Assembly: GCA_951406725.2 (NCBI GenBank)
Contig: OX597818.1
Location: forward strand, 39,494,001 to 39,558,000
Reading direction: 5' to 3'
Source of the DNA: Octopus vulgaris
Lineage: Eukaryota
Length of the DNA stretch: 64,000 nucleotides
Below are positions 1-13,102 of this stretch, piece by piece. Positions within the stretch are counted from its first letter, which is position 1. Each line of letters opens with the position of its first letter. The position numbers and the translations under genes were made by a program. The notes under the pieces are model-generated. The model made no database searches and was not told the DNA's origin. It worked only from the letters and a program-made list of their open reading frames with translations.

Positions 1-232
1 CAGTTTGTCAACATTGAAACATTTTGATTTGTCAACATTGAAACTTATAACGACGTTTTTCTAATTTTACCCTTTTACCATTGATAAACAAAAACTATTG
101 TTGAAACTAGTTTGGGATATATGTAAATAAATGTATTTTAAACATTTACGAGTTTTTGAAATTTAAGTGCATTTTCAACAACACATTTTCCTATATATTA
201 TTTTTCCTGCGTGGAAACACCACTACCTCTTT

Positions 233-274
<42 letters not shown>

Positions 275-1306
275 AATGATTAAAACCTATGTGTAGCAAA
301 AGAATTAGACCTCAGCGTCATTGAAGTAGGGAATATAAAAACACGGAACACTAATATACAGTTCTCAAAGTTTTCTGGCAACCCACTGGTATGAATTTCT
401 AAACAATAAGCAATGTATGTGCTGCTGTTCTTCAGTTTTGTGAAGCGATTATCTCCAAAAGTCTTTAGGAATATTGTTCTCTGACTGTTTTTCATACAGT
501 AATGAATCCTGCATTTATCTATGACAATGTTCTTTCGTGAAAGGAAGTACTTAACACTGTTTGCATCTGTGTAACACAAGACATAGGCAGGCCTTTTGCT
601 AAACCCTATGTTAGGGACAGAAGTATCATATAATGGCTAACGATTTGTCTAACGACAAATGAAGTATATAACTGAAATTAAGGAAAATAGTTAATGAATT
701 ATACAAAATCGACTGTTTCTTTCATTTTTTCAGAGTTGATAAAATAAATAGCAGGTGAGAATTGGGGTCGATGAAATTGCTGGCTTTGTGCCAAAATTTG
801 AAATTGATATTTTATACAAACATAGAACACTCGTATTCAATTCTAGGAGTTTCCTGACAAGCATAGACTATGAAGTAATCTGATTTCCTATCAGTAATCA
901 ATGTGAATGCCGTCATTCATCAGCTGTTATCTGATCAGAAACCAGATAACTTCATTTCTGTGGTTTGATGATATTCTTGTGATATTTCAATGAATATATC
1001 ATAAGTTTATTTCCTAGTGAAATGGTTTATTTATCTCCTTCAACTCAACTGAGTATTTTTATAAATTAACTAGCAGAGATACCCAGACTTGCTCGGGATT
1101 AAAATGGCATAGTTTTTTTTATTGTTTTACTTATTTCAATCATGTGACTGTGGTCATGCTGGAGCACAACCTTTAGTGGAAGAAATCAACACCAGGATTA
1201 TTCTTTGTAAGCCTAGTACTTATTCTATCAGTTTCTTTTGCAGATGGCTAAGTTACAGGGATGTAGACACAGCAACATTGATTGTCAAGTGATGGTGAGG
1301 GTACAA

Positions 1307-1341
<35 letters not shown>

Positions 1342-1371
1342 CATACATACATACATATATATATATTGGTT

Positions 1372-1778
1372 GGCATCCTTTTTTTCTCGGGAGACAATGG
1401 AGTTGCGCATAAAGTAGTCTAGTCTGGCTTTTACATTTCATGTCCTGATACATTTCCTGCTGTGGCTGTGTAGTCCTATCCTGGACAAACACTCCCTCTG
1501 GCAGGTACCGCAAATGTAGCGAAGTCTGTTCCTGGCTGGTTGTGATGCCATAGTTACTTGTTGACGTCTTTTTCTGTCTTTCCATTTCTCCTCTCTCTCT
1601 CTGTCATTCCTTTGTATTCCCTCTCTTACGGTACGTCGCCAGTCTCCACGGTTGCCGGCAACTGCCTCCCAACCGCTAATATTGATGTTGCAGGCCTTCA
1701 TGTCCCTTTTGCAACTCCGTATAGTATGTCCTTGGGGATTCTGCCATCTTTCATACGGCTAACATGCCCAAGCCATCT
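1372..1778 (-). mobile_element. RTE-clade LINE 3' fragment
   Basis: WLGHVSRMKDGRIPKDILYG and a C-terminal C2H2-like CGTCQRECLSRIGLHSHSRKC. Internally deleted. Confidence 0.85.
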
Positions 1779-1819
1779 CATACATACATACATACATACA
1801 TATATACATATATATACAT

Positions 1820-1982
1820 GTAACACTCTCGGAGTGGTTGGCATTAGGAAGGGCATCCAGATGTAGAAACTCTGTCAGATCAGATTGGAGCCTGGTGCAG
1901 CCATCTGGTTCACCAATCCTCAGTCAAATAGTCCAACTCATGCTAGCATGGAAAGCAGACGTTAAACGATGATGATGATGAT
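1820..1982 (+). mobile_element. RTE 3'-UTR-type repeat with (GAT)n tail, representative of a family with more than 15 copies in the window
   Basis: ggcattaggaagggcatccag...gacgttaaacgatgatgat. Other copies include 2673-2930, 3002-3375, 9452-9720, 25135-25400, 30200-30537, 34625-34965, 38126-38690, 38975-39470, 44038-44335, 47350-47780 and 58866-59103. Confidence 0.8.
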
Positions 1983-1983
1983 A

Positions 1984-2049
<66 letters not shown>

Positions 2050-2074
2050 CATATATGTGCGTATATATATATAT

Positions 2075-2461
<387 letters not shown>

Positions 2462-2578
2462 GCATATAAATATACATGTATATAAATATATATATATATG
2501 AATATAAATATACATGTATATAAATATATACATGTATATAAATATACATGTATATATATGTACATACATATATATATA

Positions 2579-2644
<66 letters not shown>

Positions 2645-2929
2645 TATATATACACTCACAACATGTATATGTATCATCATCATCATCATCATCATCATTT
2701 AGCGTCCACTTTCCATGCTAGCATGGGTTGGACGCTTCAACTGGGGTCTGTGAAGCAAGAAGGCTGCATCAGGCCCAGTCTGATCTGGCAGTGTTTCTAT
2801 GGCTGGATGCCCTTCCTAACGCCAACCACTCCGTGAGTGTAGTGGGCGCTTTTTACGTGCCACCCGCACAGGTGCCAGACGGAGCTGGCAAACGGCCACG
2901 GACAGATGGTGCTTTTTACGTGCCTACGA

Positions 2930-3004
<75 letters not shown>

Positions 3005-3631
3005 TCATCATCATCATCATCATCGTTTAGCATCCGCTTTCAATGCTAGCATGGGTTGGACGGTGCAACTGGTGTCTGGGACGCCAGAAGGCTGCACCAG
3101 GCCCAGTCTGATCTGGCAATGTTTCTACGGCTGGATGCCCTTCCTAACGCCAACCACTCCATGAGTGTAGTGGGTGCTTTTTACGTGCCATCCACACAGG
3201 TGCCAGATGGAGCTTGCAAACGGCCACGGATGGATGGTGCTATTTACGTGCCACCGGCACGGAGGCCAGGCGAGGCTGCCAATGGCCACGATAGGATGGT
3301 GCTTTTTACGTGCCACTGGCACGGAAGCCAGCCAGGGCGGCACTGGCAATGGCCACGTTCGGATGGTTCTCTTATGTATATAATATATGTATATTATATG
3401 TATATAATACGTATATTATATGTATATAATATGTATATTATATGTATATAATATATTATATATATGCAAAAAAGAAGTGCTCAAATGAAATTGAGGCAGA
3501 GATGAAAAAAAGACATTGATTAGAGATCAAACATGAAATTCAAGTCAACGACTTTATATAACACCACGCTTCCATACATTTGATCATATATAAATATTAC
3601 CATGGCCTTCAACATAAAAAAGGAATATATA

Positions 3632-3680
<49 letters not shown>

Positions 3681-3982
3681 ACAAAAGGTAAAAAATATAT
3701 ATGCACATAAAAATACAAATATATAGGATGGCCTATCAAGGAAAGGTTTATACAATCGGCTGAAAATAAGTAATCAACATGGATTGCTAAAGTGGGTCAG
3801 GCGACTAAAAAACACTTTTAAAAAATGTTTACAAAAATATAAAAGGTATATATCAATCGACGAAAAAGTTTTTACACCCCTCAAATACAAATATGTCAAA
3901 ATAGTTTGTTTCATAAAAACCATGGTAGGTCAAATTCAACATTCACATATATCTATGGCCATTACAGGAGCCCATCACAGCA

Positions 3983-4034
3983 GTTTATTTACACGAAAGT
4001 GTATCACGGTGATGACCCACTCATCAGGATAAAC
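3983..4034 (-). ncRNA. Decayed type I hammerhead ribozyme in a ~390-bp TA-flanked element (3677-4070)
   Basis: Minus strand reads gtttatc CTGATGA gtgg-gtcatca-ccgt GAT acac-tttc-gtgt A aataaac. Stems I, II and III all form. The GAA of the core has become GAT. Confidence 0.6.
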
Positions 4035-4224
4035 AGAAAGCAGGAAACATGCACAGATCAAAATTTTTTTGTATATATATATATATACACACACATACAT
4101 ATATATATATATGTGTATATATACATATGTATGATTGATTGATTGATTGATTGATTCTAGTTTCAGCTTATGAGCTGTGGCCATGCTGGGGCACCGCCAT
4201 TTGGTGTTGCTACTTGGTTTCACT

Positions 4225-7200
4225 TCATGGAGGCTTTCTAGCAACTGCTATTTGGTGCATGAGAGAGTTCGATGCAGCTGCCCTCATCTGCCCTTCCTGC
4301 CGTGAAGTTGGTTCATCTGGGACACCTGACAGGAAGAGATCCAGCTTCATTTTAAAGACATCTGTATCCACCCCATGCAGGTCTCTCAGGTTCTTCGGGA
4401 GGATATTGAAGAGCTGTGGGCCTCGGAAGCCCAGGCTATCACAGAATCTTGTCCTACATCTTGATGGCAGATTTGGAGTCCTAGGCACTACGCAGTGGTG
4501 CCCAGTTCTGGCATTTGCGTAACTCTCGATGCCAAAGTTCAGGACACTTCCCTCCAGGATCTTCCAGATGTATATTATGGCATATCTTTCCCGCCTACGC
4601 TCCAGGGAATATAATTTTAATCTCTTGAGTCTTTCCCAGTAGCTTACATTCTGCATAGAGGCTATCTTCTTTGTGTAGCTTCGTTGGATCGCCTCAAGTT
4701 CTGTGATCAACTTGACACTGGATGGTGACCATAGCTGAGAGCAATAGTCAAAGTGGCTTAGGACAAGTGTCTTCCAGAGGACCATCATGGTTTCTTGTTC
4801 TCTTGTTCTAAAGGTTCTAAGAATCCATCCAGCCAGCCGTCTACATTTCATTGTCAGTTTAGCAACATGTACATGAAAGGTCGCGTCATCACTCATGTGA
4901 ATACCCAGGTCATGCACTGATTGTGCCTCTGGGATTGCAATCCCTCCGGGTCCAGTGTATTCATTGGGTATTGCATTCAGTTTTGCATGCTGATAGTATA
5001 AAGCTTGAAACTTTCCAGCATTGAACTGCATGCTATTCTTTTCAGCCCACTTGTATATTTCGTCCAGCTCACATTGCAGGTGTTTAGTGTCCTCAGGGTT
5101 CTGTATTGCCTGTGAAACTTTTGTATCATCTGCATAACTTGTGATCGTGGCTCTCTGCGTGGCTGAGGGCATGTCTGAGAGGGCCATTATGAACAGTAGT
5201 GGTCCCAGAACAGTGCCCTGCGGAACACCGCTCACTATTTGTGTGTTAATGGAGGTGGCCCCATTGGCTACTACCACCTGACTTCTATCCTTCAGAAAGT
5301 CATGAAGCCATTCTCCCAGTTTTCCAACTATGTTGAGATCACGCAGTTTGTGACATATCATTCCATGATCGACTTTATCAAAGGCCTTTGCAAAGTCGAG
5401 ATATATCACTTCCACATTTGAGTGGTTGAGCAGCCGTTTCAGCACCCAGTCATAGTGTTGTAGGAGCTGAGTTAAACAGCTTCTCCCTGGTCGGAAACCA
5501 TGTTGGGTGTCGGGCAGCAAGTCATTCTCTTCAAGGAAGGTGATCAGCTTCCTTCTGACTATTCGTTCCATGACCTTGCTGATGTGTGAGGTCAGAGAGA
5601 TAGGTCTATAGTTCTTGGCTTCCGCTCTGCTACCTCCTTTATGAATGGGGCATATTTTACCTTCCTTCAGTTTTCCTGGAAGTTTGCCAGCTGCAAGGAA
5701 GCTCTGAAAGAGGAACTGCAGTGGTCTTGCTAGGACTCTCTTACATGCTTTTAGGAGGATTGCCGGGAATCCATCGGGGCCAGTAGCTGAGTCTGTTTTC
5801 ATTTCATCTATAGCCTTGGTTACATCGTCTTCCTTTATATCGATGTAATCTATCGTCGCCGCCTCTGATTTTATATCTGCAGTGGTAAAAAAGTCAGTTG
5901 GATTGGTGATTTGGAAATGCCCAAGGGGTGGAGTGAAAACACTCTTGAATTGCTCATTCAGTATTTCACTTACCCTCATTGGTTTTCCTGTAAGTGTGCC
6001 ATCCTTTTCGAGGAGTGGCCCTATTCTACAGTGCACTGTAGCTGTTTCTTTGGCATACCTGTAGAAAGCTCTGGGGTTAGATTTTATGTTTTCTATAGCC
6101 CAGGCTTCTTTGTCTGCTCTTTCTTTTTCATGGGAGAGTTGCAGACATTTTTCGATTTCCAACAGTTTTATTTTTAGGCGGGACTTTTCACTGCTTTCAA
6201 TCTGTTTGTTTAGGCGATTTGAAAATTTCGTACGCCGTCTCATTAAAATTTTCCTCTCTCTGGGGATTTTGTTCTTGTGTACAGTGGCCTTTCTCTCTGG
6301 GACACATTTGTAGCATATGGCTTGCATTACAGACATGAATTGTTGAAGTTTCACGTCGATGTCTGGCGAGGAGAGACATTTAGGCCAGTTTTGTTTGAGG
6401 ATCTCTTTCTCAATTTGTTTCCAGTTTGCCTTATGGTAGTTCAAGCTGGAAAGATTTTGAGGGTTTCTTGTAGGCTGCATGTCCGTGCTCTCTTTTGGCC
6501 CGTACATGGTCAGCTCTATCATGTTGTGATCCGAGAGTAGTGTCGGTGTCACTTTCACATTATGGATGAGATCCATGTCATTTGTGAAGCAGAGATCCAG
6601 TGTGTTACCTGCCCTGGTTGGTTGGAGTATTACCTGCTCCATGTACAGGGTGTTGATGAGGTTCAGGAGGGACCTCGCCTGTCCTCGTTCACATCTTGTC
6701 ATTCCTGGGAGAGAAAGGCCCTCGGGCCATCTGACATTGGGCAGATTGAAGTCTCCCATAAGAAGCACACCTATGTGTTGTTCTAATGTGGTTAGAATTT
6801 CTTCTATTTTTATAAGACAGTCTTCAAACTTGCCCACATGGCTTGGGGCATCTGGAGGGCGATATGTAGCACACACAAGTACATCAAGTTGCCTAATAAG
6901 TACAATTAGTGTGTCACACACCGAGTTTGAGTATGACAAGAGGACCTGGGGTGTGAGGTCCTCACGGATGTACATAGCAACACCTCCATGACTCCTTTCT
7001 TTCCTGTCGGTCCGTAGTACAGCATACTGTGGTATGTGTAACTCCGCATCTGCTATGTCCGGTTTCAGGTGCGTTTCTGTAAGTGCTATGCATAAGGCTT
7101 GATTGCATGCAACAAAGTCTCTCAGGAACGGGATCTTTGTCCTGTTACTGAGTGTTTGCAGTCTTCTGATGTTCAGTAGGAGTATCGAGGTGAGGTGTAC

Positions 7201-7329
7201 GTTGTTGCCGGCGGTGTCCATCCTGTGTCTGTTTGCTGTGGTGGTCTGGTATATAGTGGGTAGTCCCACCTGCGGGCTTGGGTTTGATGAAGCCAGGTCA
7301 GCTGCTGTACAATCTTTTGTGCCATGCAC
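4225..7329 (-). CDS. LINE ORF2: apurinic-like endonuclease plus reverse transcriptase
   Basis: 1034-aa uninterrupted ORF. APE motifs IALTETHL, GGVAMYI, YRPP, GDFN, TLDL, SDH. RT motifs GPDG, YRPISLTS, QHGF, YLDFAKAFDKV, GVPQGTVLGPLLF, YADD. CR1-type C-terminal YWERLKRLKLYSLERRR. The true start may be the ATG at 7221. Confidence 0.95.
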   Translation of the reverse strand: MHGTKDCTAADLASSNPSPQVGLPTIYQTTTANRHRMDTAGNNVHLTSILLLNIRRLQTLSNRTKIPFLRDFVACNQALCIALTETHLKPDIADAELHIPQYAVLRTDRKERSHGGVAMYIREDLTPQVLLSYSNSVCDTLIVLIRQLDVLVCATYRPPDAPSHVGKFEDCLIKIEEILTTLEQHIGVLLMGDFNLPNVRWPEGLSLPGMTRCERGQARSLLNLINTLYMEQVILQPTRAGNTLDLCFTNDMDLIHNVKVTPTLLSDHNMIELTMYGPKESTDMQPTRNPQNLSSLNYHKANWKQIEKEILKQNWPKCLSSPDIDVKLQQFMSVMQAICYKCVPERKATVHKNKIPRERKILMRRRTKFSNRLNKQIESSEKSRLKIKLLEIEKCLQLSHEKERADKEAWAIENIKSNPRAFYRYAKETATVHCRIGPLLEKDGTLTGKPMRVSEILNEQFKSVFTPPLGHFQITNPTDFFTTADIKSEAATIDYIDIKEDDVTKAIDEMKTDSATGPDGFPAILLKACKRVLARPLQFLFQSFLAAGKLPGKLKEGKICPIHKGGSRAEAKNYRPISLTSHISKVMERIVRRKLITFLEENDLLPDTQHGFRPGRSCLTQLLQHYDWVLKRLLNHSNVEVIYLDFAKAFDKVDHGMICHKLRDLNIVGKLGEWLHDFLKDRSQVVVANGATSINTQIVSGVPQGTVLGPLLFIMALSDMPSATQRATITSYADDTKVSQAIQNPEDTKHLQCELDEIYKWAEKNSMQFNAGKFQALYYQHAKLNAIPNEYTGPGGIAIPEAQSVHDLGIHMSDDATFHVHVAKLTMKCRRLAGWILRTFRTREQETMMVLWKTLVLSHFDYCSQLWSPSSVKLITELEAIQRSYTKKIASMQNVSYWERLKRLKLYSLERRRERYAIIYIWKILEGSVLNFGIESYANARTGHHCVVPRTPNLPSRCRTRFCDSLGFRGPQLFNILPKNLRDLHGVDTDVFKMKLDLFLSGVPDEPTSRQEGQMRAAASNSLMHQIAVARKPP

Positions 7330-7814
7330 AAAAAAGATTGTTGCTCAGCAGCTGCTCTTTCGACAACATCATGTTGGCTGTTTGTGGCGCGCACAACATC
7401 TGCATACCTCCGCTTTGGGGCAGGTGGTGCGTGGTCCATCCCTTTTCTTTGTGTTGATGGTTTGTCCATCTGCCTCGTGTCTCTGTGGCAGGGTCCCCGA
7501 TGTGCAAAGCGGCAGCCTGCACCTTCCTTTCCATGCCAGCAGGAACCTCTCAGGTAGAACATACACACCCGTGTGCGCTGTTTGGTTCCATCCTTTGCGG
7601 TTCCACTTCTATTCCTGCTTGTTTCACTCTTTGGTCCTGCTTGAGCTTTTTCTTTTCCTTTAGCTCTTCCAGTCCTTCTTTTAGTTCTTCTTCCTCCCTC
7701 TACCTCTTCACCGGGTTCTCCGTCTCCATGGCCCTTGCTGCCGGTTGGAGAACTTGCACCTGGGTTCACTTCCCGGGCAGGTTTCTCATTCAAAACCTCC
7801 TCCCGGGCGTCCAC
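7173..7814 (-). CDS. LINE ORF1 (N-terminally truncated) with a CCCH-type zinc finger
   Basis: Basic region followed by [22 protein letters not shown] (C-x7-C-x8-C-x3-H). Overlaps the ORF2 start. The listed start is GTG, not ATG. Confidence 0.7.
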   Translation of the reverse strand: MDAREEVLNEKPAREVNPGASSPTGSKGHGDGEPGEEVEGGRRTKRRTGRAKGKEKAQAGPKSETSRNRSGTAKDGTKQRTRVCMFYLRGSCWHGKEGAGCRFAHRGPCHRDTRQMDKPSTQRKGMDHAPPAPKRRYADVVRATNSQHDVVERAAAEQQSFLCMAQKIVQQLTWLHQTQARRWDYPLYTRPPQQTDTGWTPPATTYTSPRYSY

Positions 7815-7830
7815 CAGGTGGGGGTGACTT

Positions 7831-7997
<167 letters not shown>

Positions 7998-8222
7998 GGG
8001 GGAGAATTCATAAAAAAAAAACAAAAGACGAAGACAGGTGGTGTAGACAACCTGATGTATTAGTATAATGCTCGGGAGGTGAAAAAGTCTAACATTTCGA
8101 GCCTACGCTCTTCCACAGAAAGGAACAAGGAGATAAAATAAAGAACATGTAGTGGCTAGCAATACGCACCTGTATATATACATATGTAAACATATATATA
8201 TGTATATATTTATATATGCATG

Positions 8223-8288
<66 letters not shown>

Positions 8289-8301
8289 CATACATATATA
8301 T

Positions 8302-8345
<44 letters not shown>

Positions 8346-8825
8346 CATATATTTGAATAAAAGAAGGGTAAAATTATCGCTTGAAACTTTAGGTTGTAGT
8401 CTTGCTAGCCACTTCATTATTACTGTTTTTAACAGTAATAACGCTTCATATGTATACATACATATATATACATATAAATCTTTGTATATACATTTATACA
8501 TATACATTTATACGTATATATATATACATATATATATACATACATATATACATATATACACATATATACATATAAATCTATATTTATACATGTATATATA
8601 TGCATATACATCTATACATATTCGTCAATATATATGCATAGATATATATGTGCATATATATACACATATATATTTATATTCTATAAGTGGCTGAAGATTG
8701 CTCGACATTTTAAAACTGATGTAATACTTACAGTGTTTAATAAAATGAAGTAGCATGAAACTATTGTACTACTCTACCTTGGATATACTTGTTGCTTATT
8801 TTGATTATATATATATATATGTGTG

Positions 8826-8870
<45 letters not shown>

Positions 8871-9191
8871 CATGTATATATGTGAGATAATAGTTTCAGT
8901 ATTAATAGTTTAACTATGTATATATTATATACATAGTGAAAGTATTAATAATGAAACTATGAAAACTGAAACTATTATCTCATATTACAATAGAGATGTT
9001 ATTGTTTCACTTTTGACATGTAATACTGAAATAGAGAAAGAGATAAGAGGTTGCACCAGGATTGCATTAGGCTAGAAGTTGAAAATTTTTTGGTGCAAAT
9101 CACTGCATGGACCCTAAGTAAGTCATGTTTAAAATTTGAAGGAAATATGTTGGGTAGTTCTTGACTTTTAGCGATGAACACATACATGCAT

Positions 9192-9224
<33 letters not shown>

Positions 9225-10446
9225 TAGACAGACAGATACTCATTCTCAATTTTATGTATATAGATTATGTAATTATGTGGATAATGGCATTTTTATTTCT
9301 ACAGTGGAAAGAGCTGCAGAGCTTAGAATAATTATGAACCTCTAGTGAAAGTTTTTGTTTGTTATTATCTTAAATATGCATGTATCTCCCTCTCTTTCCT
9401 CACTTTTCTCTGTCTATTCTCTCTTTCTCTCTCTCTCTGTATATGTGTATATATCATCATCATCATTGTTTTAACGTCTGTTTTCCATACTGGCATGGGT
9501 TGGACTGTTTGACTGAGAACTGGCAAGCCAGTAGGCTGCACCAGGCTCAAAAATGATCTAGCAAGGTTTCTACAGCTGGATGCCCTTCCTAATGCCAACC
9601 ACTCTGAGAGTGTAGTGGGTGCTTTTTACATGCCACCAGCATGGAAGCCAGTCAGGTGGCACTGGCATTGACCACATTTAGATGGTGCTTTTTACATGCC
9701 CCTCGCATGGGAGCCAGTCATATAATTTCTTTATTTGTGAATTAAGGCTACCATTGGTTTCATGTTCAGAAAAGTTTTTAAAAATGTCCTAGTACCTTAG
9801 CAATTTTTGAAGCTGCAGCTTGAGAAATTAAGACACAAGGTTATTTTCCTACTTTTCTTAACCCATTTGTTGTGAGATTAACTTTTTATTTCTGATTTTG
9901 CTGAAATTTTGTTTAAGGGTTAGTTTAAACACCAGTTACATTGATTTGAAGCCAGAAATGTAAAATTCAAAAAACTTTCTTAAATAAACCCAGGTGCCAT
10001 ATGGCACCACTAGGATAATAAGGGTACAAAAATACAATTGTGGTAAGTTCTTCCTTTTTATTCAGTAAGCAAATGTATATGTTCCTCTTTTATAGCAGTG
10101 AAAATAACAAAAAGAAACGGCAATATAACACATTTAATGACAATTATTATTGAAAAAATGCCCTTTTATCACACATTTCATATATTATGAGTTAGTCACA
10201 ACAGCAACAGATTATTTTTTATCATCTGCAAGACATGAAATATGCAATCTCATATCACATTTTTCACATTCAGCTTGAGTTTGTGATTTACAAAATTCTC
10301 CCTGACATTTGCGTCACTTGTTCCCAACCACTGGTCACACATAGTGTTCAGAATCATTGTATCACATATCAGAATCTCCTGGACATGATTTCCTTTTTTT
10401 GCTGGAACTTTTTTGGCTGAACCTGAAATCTTCACAAGTATGATAT

Positions 10447-10560
10447 TGTTGTGTTGACACCCCCAGACGATGAAGTAGGCTAGCCCAGTACGTAGATATA
10501 GAGGGAGAAGTCTAGACATTGAGGAGTTGAGTACAGGTCATCCGAATGTGTGATATAACA
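10447..10560. mobile_element. 114-bp TG...CA solo-LTR-like element with 5-bp TSD GATAT
   Basis: gatat|TGTTGTG...TATAACA|gatat. Homologous to 63440-63607. Confidence 0.75.
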
Positions 10561-12110
10561 GATATGGGAACTGCTCTTCTGAAGTCCAGTTGATCTAATA
10601 TAGAACCCTTTCCTCATGCTAAAATCCAAGCACTTTGAACGGAGACATCTATGGTCCAAGAGAAAAGATTCCACCACCATTTTTTCCCACGTATGCCAAT
10701 GCAATATGTGTTGATATTTTGGTCCATCTGATCAGTTCCTCCCATATTTTTATTATAATTATAAACTGCCTGAAGAATTGGTACCTCTATGTGTTTTGAC
10801 TTCTCCTTAGACCAGCACTTAACTTTATAACAGGGTTCTTTCCATGAATGGTGGATCCCACTAACACAATAGAATTATCTTTCCATCTGGTGATTTTTAT
10901 ATCATTGGATTCCAGGACTCTGGTGCCAGTCTCTGAAGAGCCTCGTTCTTTTTCATCAAAACAGTGTACAGAAGAAATGACGCGAAGCATCTAATCTGTT
11001 TGCTCTCAATGTACCAGTACCATTGTATCTCAGAGTTTTGAGTTGATTTAGAAGTGGCACTGATGTGAACAGTTATCAAAATATACATGGTAAGGAAGGT
11101 GTTTTTTCTCAATAACTATTGGAATCCAGTAAATGAAGTACTGTTGATGAGCACTTTCCATAAGTCGATTCTTATTCTATATTTCCACAGTGGGTCTTAC
11201 CTTGATAGGGACCAAAGGCTATTAGATATCCTCCAGACAAATCTTGATACCAGATTTTGTATCCAAATCTTATTGGTTTATTGCAAATAGATTGCTTGCA
11301 ACTATGCTTGCAAAAATATTCCACCATTGCTTCATCATGTGAAATACTTGGTGCTATAAATTTCATTTGTAAATGAGATATAGGTGATCACAGTTTTGCA
11401 AATGTATCACTTTTATTGATATCATGTGCTGCACTGAAGTGAAGACAACACATTATAGCATCTAACCGGTCATGTCTCATAACATTACAGATAACTTCAT
11501 TGAACATATCCAATGTATGTGACCAATGCATATGGTAATGAGGTAATTGATTATATCCTGAAACTAAGAGAATTGCAAGGAACACTTTGAATTCATTCAA
11601 GGGTACATTTATATCAGTCCAGTTCTTTTTCAAGCAGTATTTTGTCATTTCTTTCATTGAGGGCTCAATTATATCATCGTCATAGAATAGCTCAAATAAT
11701 TCCACTTCACTAAAATCCGTGTATTTTGAATAATTACACTCAGGAAAAATGGAGAGCATTACTTGTGTTTAGGCCTTTTCCCAGGTAATTTGGCATTTTT
11801 TCTTTTGTTTCCTGCACCTGAAGCCTGTCCAGTTTCAGCAGAACTTTCTTTCTGTGTCACTTCATTATCATTTGTTTTTGTACTTTGTAATTGCAATTCT
11901 ACTGGGGCACAAAGTTGGTTGCCTGAGAGATGATGAGTTTGTTGAACAGTGTCAGCTTCATCTTCCTTCTCTGAATCCTCATCTGTCATATCAGTAACCT
12001 CTGGGGATTCAATGAAAATATAATATGGGCCGTCATCTTCCTCTTCAAGAATATACAAAATTTCATTCAAAGACAGTTCATATTTCCTAAAAAAAATACA
12101 CAATAGTGAA

Positions 12111-12368
12111 AAACTAGAAACTTTAGCACTTGGAAACTGTAGACCTCTGCCAAGCAACACGCCCGTTCCCCACCCCCATAGTTTGGTTTACACCATATCA
12201 TCACCAAAATCTAATCATATTTTGCTTGCCTTATTTTGAGCATTTCCTGAAAATTTCATCAAAATTCATCCATAAGTTTTAGAGTTATGTTGCTAACAAA
12301 CAAGCAAACAGACAGTCAGATGAACAAACCAATGCTGGCAAAACCATAACATCCTTGGTGGAGGTAAT
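12111..12368. mobile_element. Helentron-associated non-autonomous element (HINE/DINE-like)
   Basis: Subterminal inverted repeats acctctgccaag (12143) and cttggtggaggt (12354), plus an internal acaa/acag microsatellite. Related ends occur at ~51695-51750 and ~52446. Confidence 0.6.
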
Positions 12369-13055
12369 GATACGTATAATAAGAGAAAAAAATATAGGAA
12401 ATAATAATGTTGTACTGTGTATTTCCTAGCGGTGCCATAAGGCACCGTAAAATAATTCAACAAAGCAAACGTCACTGCAATAGTTAAACACCTTTCTACT
12501 GACTATTTTCCTATGCACATATGAAGGGAGACACACAAAAGACAGCCACTCCTACCTAAAATTCCAACTGTAAATTCGTTCTATGACATTAAGCCATTAA
12601 ATGACACAAAGTCCACACACACACACACACATACATGTGCAATTATTATACACACACAAACACACAGAGACCTGCGTGCACACACACATACACACACATA
12701 TTTCCTTCTCTTGCACTCTCATGTCTTAGAAAGAACTTTTCTTCACCCATTCCCTTCCGGTCATTTCATAATGTAACTGCATGTGTATCATTGGCGATTT
12801 TCTTCCTCTGTCTTCCCTTCCTTTGAACTTCCCTCTATTTCTGAAGAAGAGCTTTGCTCAAAACACTAAATCCTCTTTCTTCCTTTCCTGAGCATCTGGA
12901 TAATACAGTACTTGTACCATGTCCTCGCATTATTATTTTTTCTTGCTTGTTCTTCTTTGTTTGGATTCACAAGAGGAACCGATACTAGATATGTTGAAAC
13001 AATTGTTGTGATCAATAATATATTCTCGTATATTCCATCTTCTGTCTTTCATTTG

Positions 13056-13102
<47 letters not shown>

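Larger units (their letters stand above)
9858..12486 (-). mobile_element. Decayed piggyBac (PGBD2/3-like) DNA transposon with nested insertions
   Basis: Frameshifted transposase pieces LSLNEIL, ELFELFYDD, DEAMV...KPIRFGYKIW, RWKDNSIV, and a C-terminal Cys-rich CEKCDMRLHISC. Internal inverted repeats ggtgcc.tatggcacc.ctagga at ~9993-10015 and ~12424-12446. The outer TTAA boundaries are approximate. Confidence 0.85.

Noticed and set aside
280-636. Minus-strand open frame of ~118 codons in unique sequence (possible exon of a neighbouring gene)
   Set aside because: Splice sites are weak, there is no recognisable domain, and no partner exon was found. Left unresolved.
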